From Heteronotia binoei (Eukaryota), in contig NC_083234.1 in assembly GCF_032191835.1 (NCBI RefSeq), positions 16,120,001 to 16,184,000 on the forward strand: 64,000 bases of DNA. The letters run 5' to 3'. The translations under genes were made by a program, and so were the position numbers. How positions within the stretch are numbered: position 1 is the first letter of the stretch; every line of letters begins with the position of its first letter. The notes under the pieces were generated by a model, which was not told the DNA's origin, searched no databases, and was given only the letters and a program-made list of their open reading frames with translations. Positions 52,985 to 62,879 of the stretch are shown here, one piece after another.

Positions 52985-55067
52985 AACAGCAGAACTCTGC
53001 TGGATCAGACCAGTCAGGGTCATCTAGTCCAGCATCCTGTCCTACACAGTCAGGGCTGGCACTGCCATTAGGCAAAACTAGGCAATTGCCTAGGGCGCCA
53101 GCCTTCTGGGGCACCAAATTGGGCATTTCACTTCCCCCACAATTCATCTAATTTTGAAAATTGGTTATAAGTGCGGAAGGGGGTGGCGCCAGAAGTTGGC
53201 CTTGCCTAGGATGCCAGACAGTCTAGGGCAGGCCCTGTACACAGTGGCCAACCAGTTCCACAGGAGGGCCAACAACAGGGCAGAGAGGTCAAGGCCTTCC
53301 CCTGAGAAGAACCTCAGAAGAGCCCTGCTGGGTCAGACCAGGGAGGGTCCATCTAGTCCAGGCTTTTGTCTCACACAGTGGCCAGCCAGTGCCTCTGGAG
53401 GGCCCACAACAGGGCAGGGAGGCTGAGGTCTTCCCCTGAGGAGAACCTCAGAATAGCCCTGCTGGATCAGACCAGGGAGGGTCCATCTAGTCCAGCCTCC
53501 TGTCTCACACAGTGGCCAACCAGTTCCTCTGGAGGGCCAACAACAGGGCAGAGAGACCGAGGCCTTCCCCTGAGAAGAACATCAGGAGAGCCCTGCTGGG
53601 TCAGACCAGGGAGGGTCCATCTAGTCCAGGCTTTTGTCTCACACAGTGGCCAGCCAGTGCCTCTGGAGGGCCCACAACAGGGCAGAGAGACCGAGGCCTT
53701 CCCCTGAGAAGAACATCAGGAGAGCCCTGCTGGGTCAGACCAGGGAGGGTCCATCTAGTCCAGGCTTTTGTCTCACACAGTGGCCAGCCAGTGCCTCTGG
53801 AGGGCCCACAACAGGGCAGAGAGGTCAAGGCCTTCCCCTGAGAAGAACATCAGGAGAGCCCTGCTGGGTCAGACCAGGGAGGGTCCATCTAGTCCAGGCT
53901 TTTGTCTCACACAGTGGCCAGCCAGTGCCTCTGGAGGGCCCACAACAGGGCAGGGAAGCTGAGGCCTTCCCCTGAGGAGAACCTCAGAATAGCCCTGCTG
54001 GATCAGACCAGGGAGGGTCCATCTAGTCCAGCCTCCTGTCTCACACAGTGGCCAACCAGTTCCTCTGGAGGGCCAACAACAGGGCAGAGAGACCGAGGCC
54101 TTCCCCTGAGAAGAACATCAGGAGAGCCCTGCTGGGTCAGACCAGGGAGGGTCCATCTAGTCCAGGCTTTTGTCTCACACAGTGGCCAGCCAGTGCCTCT
54201 GGAGGGCCCACAACAGGGCAGGGAGGCTGAGGTCTTCCCCTGAGAAGAGCATCAGAAGAGCCCTGCCGGATCAGACCAGGGAGGGTCCATCTAGTCCAGC
54301 CTCCTGTCTCACACAGTGGCCAACCTGTTCCTCTGGAGGGCCAACAACAGGGCAGAGAGGCTGAGGCCTTCCCCTGAGGAGAACCTCAGAAGAGCCCTGC
54401 TGGATCAGACCAGGGAGGGTCCATCTAGTCCAGCCTCCTGTCTCACAGTGGCCAACCAGTTCCTCTGGAGGGCCAACAACAGGGCAGAGAGGCTGAGGCC
54501 TTCTGATAAGAGCATCAGACGAGCCCTGCCGGATCAGACCAGGGAGGGTCCATATAGTCCAGCCTCCTGTCTCATTCAGTGGCCAGCCAGTTCCTCTGGA
54601 GGGCCAACAACGGCAGGGAGGCCGAGGCCTTCCCCTGAGAAGAACCTCAGAAGAGCCCTGCTGGATCAGACCAGGGAGGGTCCATCTAGCCCAGCCTCCT
54701 GTCTCACTCAGTGGCCAACCAGTTCCTCTGGAGGGCCAGCAACAGGGCAGAGAGGCCGAGGCCTTCCCCTGAGAAGAACATCAGAAGAGCCCTGCTGGGT
54801 CAGACCAGGGAGGGTCCATCCAGTCCAGCCTTCTGTCTCACTCAGTGGCCAGCCAGCTCCTCTGAAGGGCCAACTGCAGGGCAGAGAGTCCAAGGCCTTC
54901 CCCTGAGAAGTGCTTCAGAAGAGCCCTGCTGGATCAGACCAGGGAGGATCCACCCTGTCCAGCCTCCTTTCTCACTCAGTGGCCACCCAGTTCCTCTGGA
55001 GGGCCAAGAACAGGGCAGAGAGGCCGAGGCCTTCCCTTGAGAAGAACCTCAGGAGGGCCCTGCTGGG
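52985..55067 (-). repeat. 134-bp minisatellite derived from a CR1 3' UTR, at least 14 units, running into an assembly gap
   Basis: agccctgc anchor at 53321, 53455, 53589, 53723, 53857, 53991, 54125, 54259, 54393, 54522, 54654, 54788, 54922 and 55056. The unit aligns to the CR1 end at 57838-57968. Confidence 0.93.
53051..53237. mobile_element. hAT-type MITE with perfect 8-bp TSD, inside the first unit of the 134-bp array
   Basis: TSD TACACAGT at 53043-53050 and 53238-53245; CAGGGC...GCCCTG ends. Confidence 0.9.
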
Positions 55068-55167
55068 NNNNNNNNNNNNNNNNNNNNNNNNNNNNNNNNN
55101 NNNNNNNNNNNNNNNNNNNNNNNNNNNNNNNNNNNNNNNNNNNNNNNNNNNNNNNNNNNNNNNNNNN
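55068..55167. other. Assembly gap (100 N)
   Basis: Run of exactly 100 n; the true size is unknown. Confidence 0.99.
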
Positions 55168-55299
55168 TAGAAGCTAATTTTCTTCCCCAAAGCATTTCCC
55201 CTCTCTTCTCATCAAGCTGATTACTATGTGTCATACCCCTGCATCCTGAATTCCTTCTTTATAGCATCTCTCCCACTTTCTGACCGGGATATAAAGAAT

Positions 55300-55445
55300 T
55301 AGAGATCGCCATACCTACTTGTACCTGATGAAGGAAGCTTTGACTCTCGAAAGTTTAAGCCCCCCAAAATTGTGTTGGTCTCTCAGATGATCCTGAACTT
55401 GACTCTAACCCTTGTACTGAAGACCAACATGGCTGCCCTCTAGAA
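55300..55445 (+). mobile_element. Penelope-like terminal remnant with a hammerhead-like core
   Basis: cCTGATGAag...ctcGAAAg...ttgtgttggtctct...agaccaacatggctgccc. Confidence 0.6.
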
Positions 55446-55647
55446 CTATCAACAACTTCCTGCATTGGTCAGCTTCACACCACAAGCAACTTGATCTTAC
55501 TATTAATTTATTTCACTTCGTTCAGTACTTCAGCTGTGGTCCTAAGTGAAGGGGGGGGGGCGGTCCTCACTGCATAAAATGGGACTTACTTCTGAATAGA
55601 TTGACTTTGGAATACTGCCCAACAGCACTGTCCTAAGCAGAGCTACA

Positions 55648-55885
55648 CCAGTTTGATGTAGAGGTTAAGTGCACAGACTCTTATCTGGGAGAACCGAGTT
55701 TGATTCCCCACTCCTCCACTTGCACCTGGCGATGTGACCTTGACTCATTCACAAGTTCTCTCAGAACAGCTCCTCTCAACAGCAGTTTCTGTTTCCACTA
55801 GCCCCACAGGGTGTTTGTTGTGGGGAGGGGACGGGAAAGGAGATTGTAAGCCACTCTGAGATTCTTTCGGGTAGTGAAGAGCAGG
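55648..55885 (+). mobile_element. tRNA-derived SINE, diverged
   Basis: ccagtttgatgtagaggttaag head, ctgggagaaccgagtttgattcccc and the typical 3' part. Confidence 0.78.
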
Positions 55886-56093
55886 GCATAGAGGCCGAGA
55901 CCGTCCCCTGATGTTGCCTGCTGGCACTGACTTCCTCTGAATGTGGAGGTTCCCCTCAGTCACCATGGCTAGGAGCCACTGATAAACCTATCCTCCATGA
56001 ATCTGTCTAATTCCCTTTGAAAGCTGTCTGTTCCTGTGGTCATCACTACATGCTCTGGCAGTGATGTCCACATTTTAATCACTCTCTGTAAAG
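55886..56093 (-). mobile_element. Older CR1 3' UTR/ORF2-end fragment
   Basis: Aligns to the 57950-58160 part of the CR1 at 57838. Confidence 0.65.
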
Positions 56094-56444
56094 TAAGAAC
56101 ATAAGAGAAGCCATGTTGGATCAGGCCAGTGGCCCATCCAGTCCAACACTCTGTGTCACATAAGAACATAAGAGAAGCCATGTTGGATCAGGCCAGTGGC
56201 CCATCCAGTCCAACACTCTGTGTCACATAAGAACATAAGAGAAGCCCTGTTGGATCAGGCCAGTGGCCCATCCAGTCCAACACTCTGTGTAACATAAGAA
56301 TATAAGAGAAGCCCTGTTGCATCAGGCCAGTGGCCCATCCAGTCCAACACTCTGTGTCACATAAGAACATAAAAGAAGCCATGTTGGATCAGGCCAATGG
56401 CCCATCCAGTCCAACACTCTGTGTCACACAGTGGCCAAAAAAAT

Positions 56445-56496
<52 letters not shown>

Positions 56497-56950
56497 CACA
56501 CACTGTGCCTAATAGCCACTGATGGACCTCTGCTCCATATGTTTATTCAATCCCCTCTTGAAGCTGGCTATGCTTGTAGCCGCCACCACCTCCTGTGGCA
56601 GTGAATTCCACATGTTAATCACCCTTTGGGTGAAGAAGTACCTCCTTTTATCCGTTTTAACCTGACTACTCAGCAATTTCATCGAATGCCCACGAGTTCT
56701 TGTATTGTGAGAAAGGGAGAAAAGGACCTCTTTCTCTACTTTCTCCATCCCATGCATTATCTTGTAAACCTCTATCATGTCACCCCGCAGTCGACGTTTC
56801 TCCAAGCTAAAGAGCCCCAAGCGTTTTAACCTTTCTTCATAGGGAAAGTGTTCCAACCCTTTAATCATTCTAGTTGCCCTTTTCTGCACTTTTTCCAATG
56901 CTATAATATCCTTTTTGAGGTGCGGTGACCAGAATTGCACACAGTATTTC
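56094..56950 (-). mobile_element. 5'-truncated CR1 with five tandem 67-bp 3' termini and a (CA)n(TA)n microsatellite
   Basis: taagaa starts at 56094, 56161, 56228, 56295 and 56362; ORF 56509-56952 is an RT C-terminus. Confidence 0.95.
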
Positions 56951-57072
56951 ATTTGTCCCTCCTGAATCTAAAGATGCAACAATTGGACTCATAAAGTTTG
57001 GTGCTTAATTTTATTGCTACCCTTAGCAATTTGTAGACCCTTGCTTGTGAGAAACTTGAGATTTTGGGGGAC

Positions 57073-57310
57073 TAGGGTTGCCAAGTCCCCTGTGGCCTCC
57101 GGTGGCGGACTTTTTTCATGCACGCATACTACCATAGAGTTTCCATTCCAAATTGCTAGAGTATCCGGGAAAACCATAGAGTTTTTGGAAGCTCCTAGAG
57201 AGGCTGGTGCACGACATCACTACTGCGATGACATCACTTGCGAGTGATGTCATTGCGCCAGCAATATTGGGAGGAGATCCCCCACCTGACCCAGGACCTT
57301 GGCAGCCCTA
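57073..57310. mobile_element. hAT-type MITE (TAGGGTTGCCAAG TIR)
   Basis: TAGGGTTGCCAAG...CTTGGCAGCCCTA with internal palindrome gatgacatcac...gtgatgtcat. TSD is poor. Confidence 0.7.
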
Positions 57311-57837
57311 TGAAAGATGTGGAACTTGGAATTCAGATAACATGAGCAAGATTTCTCCTGATCTCCTTTTCTGCAATACAGCTGGCAACACACATGCTAA
57401 GATGTTCTCCAAACATCTACATGAGCAGTACAACACTACTCCAGTCTCGAAATATCTCTCGTCCAGAATCCTTGCACACTTGTCTGAACTCATTCACTGA
57501 CCCCTTCAGTTCTGCTTGTTCTGAAGGAAATGAATGTTTTTTTTCCCCTTTTCATTTCAAAGGTCTGGAGTTGGCAATTGTTGAAAGTTTGACTATAAAT
57601 ACTGCATGGCTATCCAAGCCTCATTTCTTGATTTCCTTGGGCTAGTAAAGCGGATCCTATACCCTATGGTGAATAGAGAATGCCAGCTTATAAATAGACC
57701 TCATTTAATGCTGCAAATGTGCTGTTGAGACAGGAAAGCACACCAGTTTCTAGAATGAAATATTCATCCACACATCCCATAGGGGCACTAATAATCGAGG
57801 TCTCTTCTGTAGCGTAGAACTGTGGAATGCCGTAAGA

Positions 57838-58425
57838 GTATAAGAACAGAAGAGTCTTACTGGGTCAGACCAAGAGTCCATCTAGTCCAGCATCCTGTCT
57901 CACACAGTGGCCAACCAGTTCCTCTGGACAGCCAAAAACAAGGTATAGAGGTCGAGGGCTTCCCCTGATGTTAGCTCCTTTCTCTGGGATTCAGAGGATT
58001 AGTGCCTTTGAATTTGGGGGTTCCCCTCAGTCACCAGGGCTAGTAGCCATTGAAAGACTTCTTCTCCATCAATCTAATAACTTTTTAAAGCTCTTCATTC
58101 CCGTGCCAATCACTACATCGTCTGGCAGCAAATTCCACATTTCAATCACTCTCAGTGTAAAGTAGTGACTTTTGTCCATTCTGAAGCTACTGCCCATTAG
58201 TTATTGGATGCCCTCGATTTCTAGTCTTTTGGGAGAAGGAGAAAATTCCTCTTTGCTTACTCTCTGCGCTCCATGCATAATTTTATAAACCTCTATCATG
58301 TCCCCCCCTTAGTTGTCTCTTTTCTAAACTGAAAAGTCTCAGATGCTTCAGCCTTTCCTTATAGGGAAGGTGTTCCAACCCTCTAATCATCTTGGTTGTC
58401 CTCCTCTGGACTTTGTCCGGCTTTG
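57838..58425 (-). mobile_element. CR1 3' fragment, parent-type family of the 134-bp array
   Basis: Peptide [37 protein letters not shown]; 3' UTR as in the array. Confidence 0.85.
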
Positions 58426-58431
58426 AAGATA

Positions 58432-58482
58432 TTGAAGAAGAAGAAGAAGAAGAAGAAGAAGAAGAAGAAGAAGAAGAAGAAG
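58432..58482. repeat. (GAA)n microsatellite, expanded SINE tail
   Basis: About 16 GAA units directly abutting the SINE 3' end. Confidence 0.95.
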
Positions 58483-59270
58483 ATATTGGATTTATATCCC
58501 GCCCTCCACTCTGAAGAGTCTCAGAGCGGCTCACAATCTCCTTTACCTTCCTCCCCCACAACAGACACCCTGTGAGGTAGATGAAGATATTGGATTTATA
58601 TCCCGCCCTCCACTCCAAAGAGTCTCAGAGCAGCTCACAATCTCCTTTCCCTTCCTCCCCCACAACAGACACCCTGTGAGGTAGATGAAGATATTGGATT
58701 TATATCCCACCCTCCACTCCGAAGAGTCTCAGAGCGGCTCACAATCTCCTTTCCCTTCCTCCCCCACAACAGACACCCTGTGAGGTAGATGAAGATATTG
58801 GATTTATATCCCGCCCTCCACTCCAAAGAGTCTCAGAGCGGCTCACAATCTTCTATACCTTCCTCCCCCACAACAGACACCCTGTGAGGTAGATGAAGAT
58901 ATTGGATTTATATCCCACCCTCCACTCCGAAGAGTCTCAGAGCGGCTCACAATCTCCTTTCCCTTCCTCCCCCACAACAGACACCCTGTGAGGTAGATGA
59001 AGATATTGGATTTATATCCCGCCCTCCACTCCGAAGAGTCTCAGAGCGGCTCACAGTCTCCTTTACCTCCCTCCCCCACAACAGACACCCTGTGAGGTGG
59101 GTGGGGCTGGAGAGGGCTCTCACAGCAGCTGCCCTTTCAAGGACAACCTCTGCCAGAGCTATGGCTGACCCAAGGCCATGCTAGCAGGTGCAAGTGGAGG
59201 AGTGGGGAATCAAACCCGGTTCTCCCAGATAAGAGTCCGCACACTTAACCACTACACCAAACCGGCTCTC
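58482..59270 (-). mobile_element. SINE with its 104-bp 3' segment repeated six times
   Basis: gatattgg starts at 58482, 58586, 58690, 58794, 58898 and 59002. Only the last unit continues into the SINE body and head. Confidence 0.95.
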
Positions 59271-59716
59271 CAATGTCCTGTTTGAGATACAAGGACCAGA
59301 ACAATGCCCAGTATTCCAAATTCTCTATAGATCTATACAAGGTATTACAATATCGGCCGTTTTGTTCTCAATCCCTTAATAACGTCCACCCTTTTCTTCT
59401 CTTCAGAATTGACTGTTGCTCTCCCTTTAAAAATGTACTGTTCTGCGGGTATTTTTGTATGAATGCGTATTGTGGTTTAATGATAGGTATTTAAGATTTT
59501 TCTATTTCTATTGTCTGTACTTGATTAAGAAATTTTACCTGGGGATTGGCAACTCTAATGGCTGCATGGCTTACAGAAGAAGAAACCTCAGGGTACCTGT
59601 CATGGACAGCTTCTGAGTCTTGGAAAACTGCAATTGGAATGGACCTCATCCTGCAAACTCAGAGTGCCCAAGGCTGAATGCATCCTTGGACAACATATTC
59701 AGGCTACTGGCTCTGT

Positions 59717-59995
59717 AGCCAGTTTAGTGGAGTGGTTAACTGTGGGGACTCTTATCTGGGAGAACTGAGTTTGATTCCCCACTCCTCCACTTGCAGCTGC
59801 TGGAATGGCCTTGGGTCAGCCATAGCTCTCATAGGAGTTGTCCTTAAAAAGGCAGCTGCTGCATGAGCTCTCTCAGCCCCACCCACCTCACAGGGTGTCT
59901 GTTGTAGGGGAAGAAGATATAGGAGATTGTAAGCAGCTCTGAGTCTCTGATTCAGATAGAAGGGTGGGGTATAAATCTGTAGTCGTCGTCTTCTT
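59717..59995 (+). mobile_element. Full-length SINE
   Basis: gccagtttagtggagtggttaa head through ggtataaatctgtagtcgtcgtcttctt tail. Confidence 0.85.
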
Positions 59996-60499
59996 TTTGA
60001 ATCCTTAGCAACCCATCCTGACCACATGGTTTAAAACATGTCTAATACTCACTGAGGCAGAGACAGAAATCTTGATAACATAACGGTTAAAAAAAATGCT
60101 TTGACCTAATAAAAAGACCATTTTTCGTCTCATTTCGAAGGCCAAATCCAACCAAATGGGTTAGTCCCATTGACTTGTTCCACTGATTTTAAAAGAAGAG
60201 CAGACACACTAGACTAGTGGATCAGGCCAGCATTTTGTTTTATACAGTAGCCAATCAGATGCCCCAGAATGCATGGAATCAGGGCAGGGAGACAAAAAGC
60301 CCACCATGTTGTTACATCCCTTGCTTTCCAGCACTGGTATTCCAAGGGCTTCTATGTGGAGATCCAGTTTAGCTAACCTGGTTAATAAGAACTCTCTCAC
60401 TGGAAAAGACCAAAGTTCTTTACTCCTGGGAACTGGTTGGCCACTGTGTGAGACAGGATGCTGGACCTCCACATTCAGAAGGAGCAAACTTTTGAATCC

Positions 60500-60650
60500 C
60501 AGAGCCAAGAGGCAACATCAGGGGGAGACCTTGACCTCTATGCCCTATTGTTGGCCCTGCAGAGGAACTGGTTGGCCACTGTGTGAGGCAGGATGCTGGA
60601 CCAGATGGACTACTGGTCTGATCCAGCTGGGCTCTTCTTATGCTCTTATG
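60500..60650 (+). mobile_element. CR1 3' end fragment
   Basis: ggaactggttggccactgtgtgaggcaggatgctggacc...ctcttcttatgctcttatg tail. Confidence 0.75.
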
Positions 60651-60694
60651 ACCATCAAATCCACCATCCTATTTCAGACACTAGATGACCAAAG

Positions 60695-60900
60695 AACATA
60701 AGAGAAGACATGTTGGATCAGGGCAATGGCCCATCCACTCCAACACTCTGTGTCACACAGTGGCAAAACGCCCCCCCCCCGTTGCCATCAGGAGGTCCAT
60801 CAATGGGGTAGGACACTAGAAGCCCTCCCACTGTCCCCTCCCCCCCCAAACACCAAGAATATAGAGCACTGCCCCAGACAGAGAGTTCCAACGATACACT
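60695..60900 (-). mobile_element. CR1 3' UTR fragment (same subfamily as 51354)
   Basis: gaacataagagaagacatgttggatcagg...ctagaagccctcccactgt...ccccagacagagagttcca. Confidence 0.75.
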
Positions 60901-61224
60901 GAGACTAACGTCCCTTGGAAGGACTACCAGCAGGGTATGAAGGTCAAAGCCTCCTAATACGTGTTTTCCTCCTTTAGTTACTTCCCAGCACTGGTTTTCA
61001 AAGGCTTTCTGGAGGTTCTATTTAGTTGTTCTGGTGGCTAGTCATCAACAAGACCACCCTCCATTTCTAATCCCCCTTTAAAGACACCAAAACTAATTGC
61101 AGTCACCACACTCTGGCAACTCCACAGGGTTTTCAAGGCAAGAGATAAGCAGAGGTGGCTTACCATTACCCGGATCTGCATAGCAACCCTGGGCTTCCTC
61201 CGTTGTCTCCCATCCAAATACTAA

Positions 61225-62165
61225 CCATTTATTTATTTATTATTTATTACTTTCCATTTATATCCTGGCCTCTCCGCAAGCGGACTCAGGGCGGCTTACA
61301 ACATCATAAAAACAATCAATCCAATAAAACATATAAAACCATAATTTACATATATCAACTTTGAAACCATTCTATAGCGCTATTTCAGTCCAGTAGAAGA
61401 AGATATTGGATATTGGATTTATATCCCGCCCTCCACTCCGAAGAGTCTCAGAGCGGCTCACAATCTCCTTTACCTCCCTCCCCCACAACAGACACCCTGT
61501 GAGGTGGGTGGGGCTGGAGAGGGCTCTCACAGCAGCTGCCCTTTCAAGGACAACCTCTGCAAGAGCTATGGCTGACCCAAGGCCATGCTAGCAGGTGCAA
61601 GTGGAGGAGTGGGGAATCAAACCCGGTTCTCCCAGATAAGAGTCTGCACACTCTTATCTGGGAGAACCGGGTTTGATTCCCCCCCAGTATAGGCGGTATT
61701 GACTTCTCGACTATGATTGCCAGCATTCTGTAGGATGTCCGGTGGCAGCCCTTTTTCAATCAAACCGCAAAAGCCTGTTTAAACAATTCGGTCTTACAGG
61801 CCCTGCGGAACACAGACAAATCCCGCAGGGCCCTTATGGCTTCTGGGAGGGTGTTCCAAAGTTCTGGTGCTGCCACCGAAAAAGCCCTGGATCTCGTCAT
61901 ACACAGCCTGGCTTCTTTTGGGCCAGGGGCAGACAGCAGATTTTTTGTCCCTGATCGCAGTGCTCTCTGGGGGATATATGGGGAAAGGCGGTCCCGTAGA
62001 TAGGCAGGTCCCTGACCATAGAGGGCTTTAAAGGTTAATACCAACACCTTGAAGCGAACTCGGAACACAACAGGCAACCAGTGCAGCTCTCTCAGCACTG
62101 GCTGAATGTGCTCCCGTCGCGGCAGCCCCATTAACAGCCGTGCCGCAGCGTTCTGCACTAGCTTC
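61225..62165 (-). mobile_element. L2-clade LINE 3' part (ORF2 C-terminus 61760-62158; tail ~61225-61395) split by a SINE
   Basis: QNAAARLL...HIQPVLRELHWLPV..R..FK.L.LTFKAL.G.GP.YL..RL..Y.P.R.LRS is the L2 ORF2 C-terminal signature; (TAAA)n tail on the minus strand. Confidence 0.88.
61396..61683 (-). mobile_element. SINE with a 5' fold-back inversion, TSD CCAGTA
   Basis: CCAGTA at 61390-61395 and 61684-61689; the A-box head is replaced by an inverted 33-bp copy. Confidence 0.88.
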
Positions 62166-62879
62166 TGAGATCTGAAATCAGGCTAACCTGGGCCATCCAG
62201 ATTAAGGTATACAACACCGCATGGAGGTAAATTCCAAAATTAGCTATTCTCTGAGTAAAAAAAACCCCACCATTTCCTTTTATGTATCCTGAACCTGTTT
62301 ATTCATTAATATCTTAAATTGGGCTGCGGCTCAAAATGCTTTCAAAGCTCTGCACTCCCCCCCCCCCCACCCAATCCTTGGCACTAATTTTAAAAAAGTC
62401 TTCATTTTTTTTTCCTGCAGAAAGAGACATAAAATTTCTGCGACATTGTGTGCTGTTGGTCTCGGGCAAAACAGAAAGCAGAAATATATGGAGAGGTGAA
62501 AACAACAAATTACTTGAAGCTTCCTGGGAATAGATTCCAACGAATGGGAAATGGGGTTTTTATAATCTCCCAGCAGTTTGTTATTTTTGACCTTTGCATA
62601 TTTTTGCACAGCTGAGGTTGGGTGCACAGTTTGAATAAAGTGCAGCAAAAGAGTGCGATAAAGGATTATGAGCTCAGCAGGGGATCTCTTGCATCCTAAT
62701 GGCCAATTTCTAGACATTTCCTACTCCCCCCCCCCTTTTGCATTTTTTGCACATATACAGTTTTTGCAAAATGCTGTGGTCTGACGTTCAACTAGAAAGA
62801 CGCTCTAGACTTTTAACACATTTCATTTTATGTATCATTTCCTGTTCAAAACTTATACTCAGTCCGTCGCTTTCTCATC

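Noticed and set aside
53366-55170. 60-196-aa repetitive ORFs
   Set aside because: They are translations of the 134-bp array and of the N gap.
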